Below, piece by piece: positions 12,879 to 27,980 of a stretch of 64,000 nt of DNA. The notes under the pieces were generated by a model, which worked only from the letters and a program-made list of their open reading frames with translations, searched no databases and was not told where the DNA came from. The position numbers were made by a program, and so were the translations under genes. This DNA is from Podarcis tiliguerta (taxonomy: Eukaryota), in the NCBI GenBank assembly GCA_965153285.1, contig OZ229116.1. One strand, given 5' to 3'. Each line of letters begins with the position of its first letter. The first letter of the stretch is position 1.

Positions 12879-13246
12879 CAGTGGTGCCCCGCAAGACGAA
12901 TGCCTCGCAAGAGGTGCTTCGCAAAACGAATTTGCTATGGGCTTGCTTCGGAAGACGAAAATGTCTTGCGATTCCTGGGGTTTCCCCCCCCCCCCTTTTT
13001 CCCAAGCCCCTAAGCCGCTTAACAGCTGATCGCTAAGGCGCTTAACAGCTGATCTAAGCCGCTTATCAGCTGATCTAAGTCGCTAATAGCCTTTTAGCAG
13101 CTAATCCGCTAATCCCTTAAGCCTTTAATAGCCGCTAAACCGCTAATAGCGCTAATCCGCTAATGGGCTTGCTTCGCAAGACGAAAAAAACCGCAAGACG
13201 AAGAGACTCGCGGAACGGATTCTTTTCGTCTTGCGAGGCACCACTG
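12879..13246. mobile_element. TA-flanked Tc1/mariner/pogo-type MITE, family A copy 1
   Basis: TIR CAGTGGTGCC(C/T)CGCAAGACGAA; TA on both sides; internal GCTAATAGC/CCGCTAAT subrepeats. Confidence 0.9.
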
Positions 13247-13428
13247 TATTTTCATATGGATGTATTTTTAAAAAACAACAACAACGCATTGCTGCAGAAA
13301 GGAGAAGGGGTGGATTTGTGAATGAACACGTGTGAAACTAATGCAAAAAGGAAACAACCTGATCCAGTCAACCCTAGCTGAGATTTCCTGGGCTTTCTTT
13401 TCAATAGGTTTGCTGTTGTTGTTTTTAC

Positions 13429-13570
13429 CTGCCAGATAATCATGAAAAGGTATACTCCAGCCACTCTTTGAAATGAAGACTTGGGATCAAACCAGCGAAC
13501 GTAGGTCCAGCTTGCTGGAGTGAACTGTAACACAGCTCTCTTGATTTTACCTGTGGTGGTGTGAATGTCC
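13429..13570 (-). CDS. PTDSS1: PTDSS1 exon 7 (142 nt)
   Basis: [47 protein letters not shown]; TTCAG/GTAAA boundaries. Confidence 0.97.
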
Positions 13571-14785
13571 CTGAAAGCAGATAAGGACAACAGTTAAAAA
13601 AAAAAGGAAATCAACATTGCATTGCAATGTAACAAGTGATGTAAAATAACACAGCTCTATCATACTGGGGTTTGTAACAAAAAAGGTGCATTTAAGAAGC
13701 AGACCTATTGTAATTAAGCAAACAAACGTTTGCGATCAGAAGAAACCTGCCCCAAAGCAAACTTTTCCACACGCGTGATTTGCTCCACAAATGCAACAAA
13801 GCTGAAAATTGGGGGTTACAGCCAATGTTAGTCATAGAGTAGACCCATTTAAATTAATGGACATGGATAACTTAAGAGTCTGCTTGGAGAATAACTTAGC
13901 ATTGGAAATTAAGGGATGTTTCCAACTATCAAAACACCAAGCTTTCAAAAAAACACTTCTTTGAGGAAAAGTGTTTGAAAGATCTGAGAGTCAAGGCCGC
14001 CCTATTTAATGTTAATAATTTAATTACCATGCTTCTAATTAAGGGCAAATTAGCATAAAACCACAAATTTTACTAACCAGAACCAGCCAAACAATTTTTT
14101 TTAATAAAAAAATTGTATTTACAGTGCTCCTGAAGGTTGGGAGACCCCCTGGGGCAGCAGCCCATGAGGTGAAAGAAAGCATAAGGCTCTCAGAAGCACC
14201 AGATTAAGAAGCTTAGAAACACCCCTCACACCTTCCTGAGTTGCCCCATGTCCCATGATGTTCAGAGTAAATCTCTCCCTCACAGCTAAAGCTGAACACA
14301 AATCAAATTAAGAACAAAAAGGTAATCGTAATGTTGTACTCATTTCAAAATAATAACCTGGAAGTAACACAGACAGTGACTTCCAATGTTCTGGTAAAAG
14401 CAAAACATCATCAAATTAATTTAGATTTTTGTGTAATCTACTGTTAGCTGGATAAATGAATCCATGAGTCTGTATTAGGGATAAGGAACCTGTGGCCCTC
14501 TGTCTATTGTAGGACTCCAGCTTCCATCAGACTCAGCCAGCCAAGTCCAACAATATCCGGGTCACAGGTAGTGAGGTGAATCTAAAAAAACAGTCCTACT
14601 TTTCTTTCACTTTATGCTTTTATTTAACATTTTGGTCATTACTGGCCATGGTGTGTGGCAAACAGTAAGAGGTGCAGCTAATGGGGAACAGGAAACTTAA
14701 CTGTGCATGAATAGAGGTACTTTCCTTTCATTCATAGGGCTCTTTGAATGCTGGCTTCTAGCAACAAACACAGTGGATTTAATTA

Positions 14786-14959
14786 CCGTATTGGCCCGAA
14801 TATAAGCCACACTTTTTTTTTCCAAATTCCGACTCTGAAAAGTTAAAGTGCGGCTTATATTCAGAGCCGAGCGCCAGCACCGGTAGTGCCTGGAGGCAGG
14901 CTGCACCTGCAAATAAGTCTTGAATTTCAAAGGTGCGGCTTATAGTCAGGCCAATACGG
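14786..14959. mobile_element. Tc2/pogo-like MITE
   Basis: TIR CCGTATTGGCC(C/T)GA(A/C)TATAAGCC; TA on both sides. Confidence 0.85.
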
Positions 14960-15473
14960 TACTGTCAGCAATGATAGTGGGTTTTATTTCCTTTATCTTC
15001 AGCAAAAACAGCAGCGCTAAGTATGTAAGGCATGCAGAAAGGTCAGCTTATTTAAGGGCCAAATCACATGGCTAAGTGCAAAGCTACAACATTCCTAATC
15101 CCCACTCCTAAGGAGTACAGGATCAAAGTTTAGAATGGAGGCTCTTTTCTCAGAGAGGTCTACAGAAAGAAAATTGTTTTAGGAATATGCTCTTGGCAAA
15201 AGTCTCATAAGGAAAACAAGCGGGTGAAATGGGAGGCCTTTAAAATACAGTTTTCATCTACTGCATTATAAAAAGAAGTATCAGGAAATGGTTTACTGTT
15301 CAGAAGTTTGGCCCTCACACTCCAATTCTGAAATATTAACTATATATTATTAAAAACCATGGGGGAGGTTTACTTGGATTTTATCAATATAGTAAGACAA
15401 TAGAAGTAAGGTGTATGTTCCATACTTATATGGGTGTCGCTTTGGAGAGTTATTTTGGTTACACGAGTAACAA

Positions 15474-15559
15474 TGCAATCCTACAAATGCTTACTCAGAA
15501 GTAACGCCCACTGTGTTCAGTGAGGCTTATTTCCAGGTAAATGTACACAGGATTGCACC
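15474..15559. mobile_element. Short fold-back element (GCAATCCT...AGGATTGC family)
   Basis: Palindromic about 85 bp; decayed relatives near 18050-18137, 22632-22722, 24370-24420, 26130-26190. Confidence 0.55.
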
Positions 15560-16178
15560 ATGAGAGGTAAAATCAGAGGCTGCTGGAAATGTGAGTGCAA
15601 GGGACCATGAACAATTACAGACTCTCCCCTTGCTTATTAATGGAAATAACATTGTAACACATTCATAATGTCATCATCCACCAACGTTGCCAAGGAAATG
15701 GATTTAAAAATAAATCGCAGCACCAATACCAATTTAGGAATCACCCAAGACAGTGAACAGAGAACATGAAAGCAGCCTTGCTGGATGAGACCAAAGGCCC
15801 ATCTAGTCCAGCATCCTGTTTTCACAGTGGCCAACCAGAGGCCTATGCGATGCAACAGCACTCTCCACACTCATGTTCCCCAGCAAGTGCTATGCAGACA
15901 CATGCTGCCTCTAATACACTGGGGCTGGATCCAGACACATCAAAGAAGCGTTCCAGTTAAAAGCATTGTAAACTTTGTATGAGGAATCGGGTTGGCAAAA
16001 ACAGAACTCCACAGCGCCACCTGGTGTCACAGTGTTATAATGCATGTAAAACGCACATGCCAATATAGCTGAGTCCTGGGTCTGTAGCGCCACATTTCCA
16101 GGCTACAAAATTAAATCTAACATGAGGTTTTAGATCTGGGATAGCCCTGTATTACAAATTGTCACAATGAAGGAAATA

Positions 16179-16528
16179 CAGTGGTGCCTCGCAAGACGAA
16201 AAGAATCCGTTCCGCGAGTCTCTTCGTCTAGCGGTTTTTTCGTCTTGCGAAGCAACCCTATTAGTGGATTAGCGCTATTAGCGGTTTAGCGGCTATTAGC
16301 GGCTATTGAAGGCTTAAGGGATTAGCTGCTAAAAGGCTATTAGCAGCTTAGTGCCTTAGAAAAAGGGGGTGGGGAGCGGGGGGAAATCGCAAGAATCGCA
16401 AGACATTTTCGTCTTGAGAAGCAAGCCCATAGAGAAATTCGTCCTGCGAAGCGCATTGAAAAATGGAAAACCCTTTCATCTAGCGGGTTTTCCGTCTTGC
16501 GAGGCATTCGTCTTGCGGGGCACCACTG
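16179..16528. mobile_element. MITE family A copy 2 (inverted relative to copy 1)
   Basis: Same TIRs and TA TSD. Confidence 0.9.
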
Positions 16529-16700
16529 TATTTAGCATTTCCAACTTAGGGATTCAGAATTATCAGCATGAATATATTTTAGCAGCCTGCAATGGGACAA
16601 CCTCCACAATTCACAATCTACCAAACATCACATTTTATTTCAGAGTGTTCATACTGCAGTATCGTTAATATAATGGTTATTTTCTTGTACTTGAGACCTA

Positions 16701-16889
<189 letters not shown>

Positions 16890-17417
16890 TCATTCAGACA
16901 AAGGTATCTCATTAACATAAGAATGTGACTTTTACATAAGTTACAGGTGCTGAAAATACAGGAAATATTTTTCATACGACAGGTGAATTTGACCAAAGTC
17001 TATCAACCGACAGTTTCAGGGGGCTCTAGATCAGTTTGCACTTCTTGGTGAGAAAGCATTATTACACTTTCCCTCTGTGTGTTTCCAAAAGCTTACTGAG
17101 GAGACATGTATAGGGTTGCACTGTAAAATCAGTGCTGCAAATATTGCCTTTTCACTAGAAGGTTTAATATTACAGGAGACACAAATTATAGGAGGAAGTA
17201 CTACACTACTGGTTTTAATTTAGGGAACATAACTGAGATAAGCTGCACATACTATATAGTAATACTGGAGTCTATATTCCTCCATTATATCTCCAAGTAA
17301 TTGAGTAAATAACTTACTTAGATAGGCTGACTTAGACATGAAATAAATCTGATTTGGCGATTCCAGACACTTGTGTGCAAGAGGAAAACTTCACATCTAG
17401 CATGTGTGTCAAATTTA

Positions 17418-17810
<393 letters not shown>

Positions 17811-19029
17811 TCAGAGAATGTTATTTACTTGTCTTATGGTCCGCTATAGCTTAGCCTTGTATTATCATTAGTTTATATACCATTTAATGACAAAGTAGGT
17901 TTCTATGCAGGCTGCAGTATAAAAACAAATTGCACAAGCATTAAAACATAAATATCCATTAATTAAAATACACAACTGAACAAAAGGTAAGTGCATGCTT
18001 TTATAATGCTGGATTGTAATAATGGACATGCCGATCCTTCAAGAATGGCTAACAATGTGCACATGTTTACTCAGAATTAATCCCCACTGAGTTCAACTGG
18101 ACTTACTCCCAGATAAGTCTAAATAGTATTGCAGCCTAATTCTTTTTATTATTCTACTGGTCCTCATCACAGTACATGACTGAATGAAACACAATAAAAA
18201 ATCTGTTTTCTACATCATTAGGGATAATTACTGCCAGATATGGAATAATCTATGTTTTAACCAAAAAAGGGGGCAAATTCTGCAACCTAAATAAATTATA
18301 CAAATAAGCATGCATTTACCTGCTCTGCTTTATTCACACAAGCAGCAATACAGAAAATCTATAGATACCCCACTGCTGAAACACTTCCTTTGGTCTGAAC
18401 AAGTTTTGTTTGCCCTCAGTGACTTGGAGTGATAGTCAACTACATTTTATGCAAAGTAAACCCTCTGAAACTAATGAACATGACTAAATTGGGTCAGAGT
18501 AGGACTTCGCTCAATACCACCCATAGTCAAACAGCCAAATCGAACGGACTGCACACTGATGTCACTGTTCTCAGGAAGAAGGGCTGTTTTTCAAACAAAA
18601 AACTGCACTCAAGCTGCAGCCAAGAAGGCCGTGAAGAGACTCATAAATGAATATTCACACCACTGCGCAAAAACGTGGCAGGCAGGTTATGCCATTTCTT
18701 TGCGATTCTCTCACAATTTGGAAAGCGGGGAGAAATCCTCCTCCCCAAGAGAGATGCATTTTGCAAGGAGAAAGAAATGTCTGTAAGACGCACCCTCTCA
18801 TCCCTGCTAAAAAGGCCGCAAAACTTTAAACTTCCTGTTAGAGAAGATGCTTCAACCTCCCAACCATATCCAGTATCTTTTAGTGGTGCAGCAATAAAAC
18901 TGCTAGCCCATTTGCAAAGCTAAGCAGGGTCCAGTATGGTTTCAAACTGGATGGGGGACGTGTTGAAATTCTTGCATTGCAGAGGATTGGGCTAGATGAC
19001 ATTCGGGGTCCCTTCCAACTATGTTACTA

Positions 19030-19365
<336 letters not shown>

Positions 19366-20863
19366 CTAAAATCACACAAACAAACCATGTTATATCAATG
19401 CCAATGGAACAATTTAGATCAATAAAATCAAAACAAAAGAATAATAATGAAGTATTCATAATTAAGCAGCTTCCGGAAGATTCTTCTCATTCAAGAGTGG
19501 CTGGGGAAGCCCAGCCAGATGGGCGGGGTATGTATGTATGTATAAATAAATAAATAAATAAATATAATTACAATTCCATATCGCTGGAAATCTCCCCCGC
19601 CCCCATGAGGTACATGAAATGTTGCATTCACATGTAACAGAAAAAGGAGCGAAACAAATGAGTATTGGACAACCCAGATTCTTCATATAACTTATCCACC
19701 ATAGTTTATTCACAACCCTCCAGAATGTGGCAGTTCTTGATAAGTTGTTACTTCATTCTAACCCCACCGTCATGGTTAAACAGGTCACACTCAAAGAGGA
19801 ATTTAAGCATCCCGTGGAAGCCAAGAGGTTTATTAATCCACCAGTCATAAAGCAGATGCAACCTTGAGTAGGTTTTTGAAGGGCATCCAAACTATTCATG
19901 TTGGAAATTCAGCTGTAATCATAATAGCTACAGCTGCTCCACATGCCAACAGATTATAGTTGTGCAGGGTGACATTTTTGAGAATACTGCTCAGTGCCTT
20001 AGGAGGCCGAGTCCCATTTTCCAAAGCAATTCTGGAACACTTGAGAACTGTCTCCAAATCTTTCCATACATTAAATATTAACATGGTTGTGAAATGTTCA
20101 TTAAGATGCTGCAAGAAGGGAGACTTGCTGTACCTTCCAACCCCCGCCCCCATTCTTGAGAGCACTAGAAACTGCCATGATGATGATGATGATTTATTTA
20201 TTATTTATACCCCGCCCATGAGCGGAGAAGTGATTGGGTACCAATGAATATTTGCATTTTGCTCTCCCACCATTGTTCCATTCTCAATTTCCCTTTTCAA
20301 AACTCCAGTGTATTTGCATGCAGATAGAATTAAGTCGAAATTGAATTTACATGACCAAGTGTCCTTTGCAATACCAATTAAATTTGCAGTCACAGGAATT
20401 ATGATCAACATCAGAGGGCTTGATCTTAGTGCCATCTCAGGAGATTTGGTGAGTAAGCACTAGAGATGGGAGCCTTCTTCTGTAGTGATTCTTTGACTCG
20501 GGAATGTTTTCCTAATTATTTATTTGTTGAGCTCACTCTCTCACCAGAAACTGAAATCACTTCTGTTGCAACAGGCATTTAATGCATACCACTTAGTTCT
20601 ACTGCTGCTGGTTTTAATGTGTATCATGTTTTGTTCTTGCTGCTTTTAGGCTTTTTCTTCAGTGTTAAGGACTGGTTAACATTGCAAGCTCTTTTCCTTC
20701 CTTTTTCACTGATTCAGTTATATGATTCTATGATTATGCTGTATGTCACCCTGGGTACTTTTAGCAGAATGGCAGGAAAAATACAGTATTATTTTCAGGT
20801 AATGAATTGTTATTTTTTGATGCTCTGGAATAGCGTGAAAGCACATCTTTAAAAACAACTTAC

Positions 20864-20908
20864 CAAAAACCATACGCCATATTGCAGGGTGTGGGCGAGT
20901 GAAAGGCC
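20864..20908 (-). CDS. PTDSS1: PTDSS1 exon 3 (45 nt)
   Basis: PFTRPHPAIWRMVF(G); acceptor TTTTCTCTGCAG, donor GTAAGT. Confidence 0.96.
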
Positions 20909-23900
20909 CTGCAGAGAAAAAAGTTTTTCAGTAACAGCAAACTGATGGATCACAAAGAATCGCAACAGGTCATCTAAACATAATCTGAAGGAAATGCAAC
21001 CATGCCAACCAAGATTCAATCCTGAGCAAGCTTTATAACAAATCAAGTTGTCTATTTAAAGCTATTAAAGGAACTACTGAGACTAATATCTGGATAAAGA
21101 CACAGATCCTCAAGAACTTGTTGTTGGCGACACTGTGGAAATTACCATGGTATCCAAAAAACAAGGCTCTCTATGTTGTGAAAACAGTAATAGAAAAGTA
21201 AGCGCCCAACTTCATACCCAAAAGCAGAAGAGGATCTGCAGGAAGATCAGTGCTTGCCAGCAGGAATTCCCAGGTAGTGGGAACATTAGTGCTGGCATAT
21301 CAGGGAACTGGGATACATTAGCAACTGGGAAAGGCAGAAGTGAATGCACAGGCCTGAAAATTATGAGTTTACAAGTGAAATGTTTGTGAGTGTGATGGTT
21401 CTGTCGAGGAGGAAAGGAGATATTGTGAGGACTGTGTGCGTACAAGCACAACCAAATACACACACTGCATGTCTTTGTGTACTCTATGCGCAGAGATGCT
21501 TTATATACACCACTACAGAGGCCCTTGTCAAGAAAGCCAGGATTTCCAGAGTTGGGAATGTGGCCAGGGGTTGCCATCCTTTCATTTACTTTCCATGTTC
21601 AGATTCTGCGTCCTTCCCATTCAAGTCGCACCCCCAGCTGTGGCCCACATTTACTTTGACCCATGGAATGAAGTACTGAGCTAGCCCCTGCCTGCCTGCA
21701 TTTTCAGTGGGAGCTCCATTTCTTTGTCCAATGTGAGTGTATCTAAGAAACTGTTTTTACATATACTATGGAGGCTGCTTAAGGAACACTGGGGCATTTA
21801 GCTCCATTATTTTAGGATCCAAGCCAATAATTCAATGAAGTTCGCAGAGCAGAACGAAAGATTCTGGTCTTCCTGGTGCAGGGAGCTGCTGGGGGAGGGG
21901 AGAATTGCCCCAAACTGGGCAGACCTGTGCATAGTCTGGATAATTCGGACCTCTCTCAGCAGACCCTGTCCCTCATCCCTCATTGTTCAAGGAGAAAGGG
22001 GGACAGGAAACTTTCCTTCTGTGAACTTCCTTGAGTTAACTTATCTTGGGATCCAAAGCAATTATTTCCAACATCTTGAAACTTGTGGTTAAGGACTTAA
22101 TTGGAATATAACCAGGAATTCATCCCATAGGGAAAGCAACCAAAAGCTATGGGTTACTCAATAAGGAGTCCCCCATCTACAACTTCTTGCTCAAAGCTTG
22201 TCCAAGGAGAACCCCTTTTTGTATCTCCAGATGTTTAACAAGCCTTGGAACTAGTTCTCCTTTTGCAACCATACTCATCAGTATGGAGCACTGCCACCTT
22301 TTTGGGGTTTGCTGCCCATGACAGCCATTTTGTGCTGGCACCCATGACACTTGTAACAAGGCTGGAGTACCTGTGCCTCCTTTTTTACCAAAAAATCCCC
22401 ACTGCTCGGAACACATCTAAGCGCAACAACTTTAATCAACCTATCAAATTTTAGGGACTTATGGAAACCAGACAACCAACTAAGATCACTGGAATCTGCT
22501 AAGAAATGGAGAGAAGGAACAAGCATGTGTGTAGCAGAAGATTGTGATAAAGACAGTTCAAAGCAGGTTACTAATCTAGGATCCCCATGAAAGCCTGGAG
22601 GCCCAATCACAGAATATATGTACTATTTTAAAGCTGCAAACCTAAACACAATTACTTAGGAGTTAAGTCCCTGTTAACACAATGAGACTTATTTATGAGT
22701 AAATATGCTTGGGATTGTGCTGTAAAACTAACAATACTTTAGTCCTGAGCCCTCAAATTTTATCTCTGCCGTTTCTGAGATTTACTTTCAAGTCACTTTG
22801 TAAAAAGCTAGTTTTCCTATTCTGCGGTTTGTTCCAAATAGGGTACAGGAGCTTGAATGAAAATAGTGTGAATTCATGTAGCAAAGGAACTAGGTGACTG
22901 GCAAAACTGGAGGAAGGGCACGCCAGGCAGGCCACTTAAAACTTCCAGCAAGCCAGTCATTAGATACCACAAAGGATATCAAGTGCCATGCACACAGGTT
23001 GAATTCGGGTGGAAAATCGTTCCTCTCGGCTACACCACTGAAATCAATACCTTTTAGAGACGCTACTGAGATCAAATACAAATCCAGATTATATGGCTCA
23101 AAGCAGCTTAACGTGAGGTGTCCGAAGGCACACATCTGCTCAACTTTGCAGTCTTTGCATTAGAGTTATTTATGTCTGCATTTATCAGGTGCCTGGCTTT
23201 GTAACTTATAGCTCAGTGCCCTCTGTGTAAAAATGTAGCCCAGTGCAATCCCAATTATTCCTAGAGGGTATCAGACATCGTTTGATAAATCAGCAGTTCA
23301 GATGATGGAGTGGATGCTTCTCTGAAACCCCCCAGCAACAGCGCCACACTGGGAAGGTATTCTGGCTGCTGCTAAATGCTTCTCTTGTAACCTGGTTACC
23401 AAGGCAGTACTGACAATCAGGGCAAGGGAACTGGGCCAGTCTCAGAGGAGCGGGAACAAGTCCTCTTAGCAGCAGCTCCATCTCCCTGTGCAAGCATTCC
23501 CTGATATTCTGCCTCTTGCCAAAAATGCCCAGGACTGAATTCAGCTATAGCTTCGGTCAGAGAGCGCAATCAACTTTACTCACACCAAACAGTTACTATA
23601 CACAGTTGCTTTTACTGGAAGAAAGCCAGTCACCATCTGCTGCAGATAATGACCACGGCTACTATCTATTCCCATACCAGACACAATGAGATCACTCTAA
23701 TGTTTCCAGTAAGAGAGGCAGGCGCAAGGTATTGAAAAACTGAATACTGGGTTTCAGTTAAGCAAGATTTATGGGATGTCACTTCCCTTTCCTCTCTCAG
23801 AAGTTTACCTAGGTACAAACCACCCTCTTTTAATCGAGTGTTGATAAACAGGGATAACAGTTGCAGTATGGACCTTCTGATGTGAACCCAGGTCTCAAAT

Positions 23901-25404
23901 TTAAAAATACAATGCTTGTGGGATGAACTGCATAGCAGGTTAGCCTAGTCCAGAGGTGGCTGACCTCTATTTGGCCCAAAGGTCACAATTACACTTGGAG
24001 AACCTTCTGGGGCTGCATACCAGACACAGAGGTGGCCAAAAGGGGGTGCGCCCAACCCCACACTTTTGCACAGGTATTCTCTGCCCCAGCTCAGCTAATC
24101 CAGGTTATCATTCCCTCTCTGCTCTCTGAACGATTGATCCAACAACCAGGGAGGGGTGTTTTACAACCCCATTCCCCATTAGGGTCCTTTGTTGGGAAGA
24201 GAGGTGTAAACCTCTCTGCCCACCCCAGTGCTGTATCTACTTTATTATTCCCCTCCCTTTTTTGTTTCTGCCACTAAAATAAGTGGCATCTTGAGGGATA
24301 CATTTACATGGGGGCAAGGGCTGATCAATCACTGTCCAGTAGAAAAAGGAAACTGATAAGAATATCTCAGGCTGCAGTCCTCATGGAATATAGTGGGATT
24401 CACTTCGGAGTAAGCATGCATTGAAAAATCAAGCTGTTAGTGTCTCAAGGCTAATAGGAAGCTGCCTTGAGCCTCTTCAGTTTCAACTCAGAAGTTGCCA
24501 CAGCTCAACAGTAGTGTACATGCTTTGCATATAAAATGGTACTGTACCAGTTTTAATCCTGGCATTTCCAGCTAAAGTGCCAATAGGTGCAGAAAGGAAC
24601 TCTGTTGGAAATCTTGGGAGAAATGCTGCTATTAATTTAGATGGACCATTGACCTGATTCAACATAAGGAGTTACCCCCACATTATACAAGAAAATGAAA
24701 CAACACAATTGTTTTGCTCTGATTCTAAACATATTTATTTTGAGCCGGGCATATGGATTTGCAAGGAGGCTCATATCCAGGTAGGCATGTGTGCAATCAC
24801 ACATTTTATTTGCATTTAACCACTCCATATCAGAGCACCTCCTCAATTACCATGCAATTATGTGAAGCTTTTCCCCCTCTTTCTTTTTAAAATTCATTTT
24901 CTTTGCTGAAGAGGTCAAAGAAAGGGCTCACATTGTTTCACACGACTAATCATAAGAACAAAAGATTTAGAAATTTTAAACTCATTTTCTATAGCTGGAA
25001 AAAAGCTGCTTCAATTTTAAAATGCCCTAATTGCAAATCTTTTTAAGATAGCAGTAAAAATGCATGTTATTTCTGTTAAATATTGTTCCAAACTGGCTTT
25101 TGCTGGGAAGTAGGGGGAAAGTTGTCAATCACCTTCCCCACCCAGAAAGCTGTTTCCTACCACCTCTCCTTCAGGAAAGCAGCACCCACAGCACAGGAAG
25201 GGAGAAAGCAAGAACATCCCTTTTTGGGAAGGGTTTCAAGAGGCACTTGCATATTTATAAAATAAAGCATAAAAACATAACTAAAACACATCAACAAAAG
25301 ACAACAAAAAAGGCTCCATCTCAGCTTTCCCTAAACTGGGGTGGCCCAAATGGGACTCCATCAGCCACAGCCAGTAAATAAATTAGGGCAGTTACCGTGC
25401 AAAC

Positions 25405-25527
25405 CATACTGTAGAATTGGAAGAGACCACAAGGGTCATCTAGTCCAACCCTTCCTGCACTGCAGGAATCTTTTGCCCAATGTGGGGTTCGAACCCACAA
25501 CCCTGAAATTATGAGGCTCATGCTATA
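25405..25527 (-). mobile_element. tRNA-Lys/CR1-tail SINE, head truncated
   Basis: Homologous to 42866-43012. Confidence 0.7.
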
Positions 25528-25987
25528 TAGCAGGCACCGGGTTGGGAAAGGCTCTTCTATGGGAGAGCTCCCTTTTTTACCCTGAAACTGCATATGCTGT
25601 GTCCATCAAGAGAACTCTAGCATGCAAGACTTTATTTATTTACTAACTGCAATTACACGGTTGCCCAACAACGTATGTTCTACTAGTATCTCACGGAAAT
25701 TAGACTCATCTTTCATTCCTTTTTAAGAGTATACTCTGGAGTATATGTTACTGCCTTGTTTTGCAGCTTGGCACCGCACAAGATGCTCTTCCAGGGACCA
25801 TCCCTTATCGAGGTGAAAGTCTAAGAGAGACTGCGACCATTCTCAGAGAAAACAATAGACTATTAAACCAGAGTACCCATAAAACAGTTTGCTCCAAAAG
25901 TCCCCAAGCACCTTTGTGTTTACCTTGCTCTCCTATCTGCAAAAGGAGTTGTAGAAAAAAACCGGCACAGAAATACTTGTGGAGCTA

Positions 25988-26140
<153 letters not shown>

Positions 26141-26238
26141 CTATGCACATTTATCTGCAAGTAAATTCCACTGAACATAGAAGGCTTGATTTAATCTTTG
26201 TATGCTACTTTCCCAACAACTAAATTGAGCTCAAAGTA

Positions 26239-26590
26239 AAAAGGTAAAGGTACCCCTGCCCGTACGGGCCAGTCGTGCCCCACTCTAGGGTTGCGCGCTC
26301 ATCTTGCTCAAGAGGCCGGGAGCCAGCGCTGTCTGGAGACACTTCTGGGTCACATGGCCAGCGTGACTAAGCAGCATCTTGCGAGCCAGCGCCACACACG
26401 GAAACACCATTTACCTTCCCGCTATAAAGTGGTACCTATTTATCTACTTGCACTTAGGGGTGCTTTCGAATTGCTAGGTGGGCAGGAGCTGGGACTGAAC
26501 GACGGGAGCTCACCCCGCCGCGGGGATTCGAACCGCCGACCTTAGGATCAGCAAGTCCTAGGCACTGAGGTTTTACTCACAGCGCCACCC
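26239..26590 (-). mobile_element. Sauria SINE
   Basis: (ACCTTT)n tail on minus strand; 10-bp TSD GCTCAAAGTA at 26229-26238 and 26591-26600. Confidence 0.92.
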
Positions 26591-27089
26591 GCTCAAAGTA
26601 GTTCACAGCAATAAAGCATAAAATACAAACATTTTCTAATAGAGTAAGCCCGCAACTTCTGCACATTTAACTTGTGCTTATTCAGCTTTATGAGCTTGGG
26701 GTGGGGGGGGGGGAATCTTACAAAATTAAAGAGGGTGGGCGTCTAGGGAAAAGACTTGGCTATCCCACCCGCCATTGTACACAATGCATTTTGACCATAT
26801 ACCATTTTGGCTCTAGGTGCAGTTCCTCACCCCCACATATGTTGCAGGTTTAAGGTGTGGGGGCACTGTTTCACAGCTATTCCTTTCTTACCTGAAGGAT
26901 CAGTTCCCAAGAGTAGCATAGGAGAAATGCCCTTTAGCACCCTTGCATTTGTATTATGGGGTTCCTTTGGGGCCTATTCTGTCCCCAATGCTATTTAACA
27001 GCTATATGAAGCTGCTGGGAGCATTGGGAGATTTAGATCAAAGTGTCACCAGTAAACTGATAACACATTTCTCCATTTCTCTGTAACAT

Positions 27090-27980
27090 CTGAATCAGGA
27101 CTGCCTGGGAAGCCTTTGGATCAGTGTCTGGGTACACAGGAGGGCTGGATGAGGACCAGCAAACTGAATTTAAACCTTGGCGAGACAGAGGCCCTGTTGG
27201 AAAGAGGTTCCAATGTCTAGCAGAAGGGTTAGTTACCTGTTCTGGACAGGGTTGCACTTCCTTTGAAAGAACAGATACACAGCCTGGGGGTGCTCCCAGA
27301 CACGTCTTTGTCTAGGCTAAGCCTGCTTTTCACCAGCTTTGGTTGATAAGACAGCTATGGCTATTCCTGGACTAAAACAGTTTGGACACTGCGGTCTTGG
27401 CACTGGTAACCTCAAGACAGGATTATGGGACTGCAGTGCACTCTATTTGGCGCCTGTCTTGGGCTGAACCCACATTGACACTGTGTAAAACCTCTGCTGA
27501 GGGAGCTGCGCTAGCTGCTAATATGCAACTAGGTTCAATTCAAGGTTTTGCTTTTAGCATTTAAAGTCCTAAACAGCTTGGGACCAGGTTACCTAAGGGA
27601 CCGCCTCGCCCCAGGAGTATTCCTGCCTGGTCACTGTGTTCCTCATACAGGGCACTTCTGAGACTTAAGACATGCCAGAGGTGCACTCAGTTTGTACTAG
27701 AAACTGGGCTCTTAGTATCACAGCTCCAGCCCTCGGGAGTCAATTACCAGCTGAAATTAGACCCAAGTGTCATAATGTTCAGGTGCCTACCAAAAGTTAT
27801 TTCAGATAAGAAGGCTTTCCCTGGGGTATGACCCAGTCATTTGTGAAATATTAATAGTACATCTGTAGAAATAGCTTTATTGGTTTTTTAGATTTTTTTG
27901 TGTGTATCATTTTCATCTTGTTGCACTATACTTCAATGTTTGTAGGCTATGGGGCAGTTCATAAATTTGTAAAATAAACA
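27090..27980 (+). mobile_element. L2 (LINE-2 clade) 3' fragment, degenerate
   Basis: Residual translation ALVTSRQDYGTA (cf. L2 ALVTSRLDYCNA) and FKVLLLAFKVLNSLGPGYLRDRL; many lesions. Confidence 0.72.

Noticed and set aside
13005-13165. Short repeated units that might suggest a CRISPR-like array
   Set aside because: Degenerate subrepeats inside a MITE with no unique spacers; eukaryotic context, no cas genes
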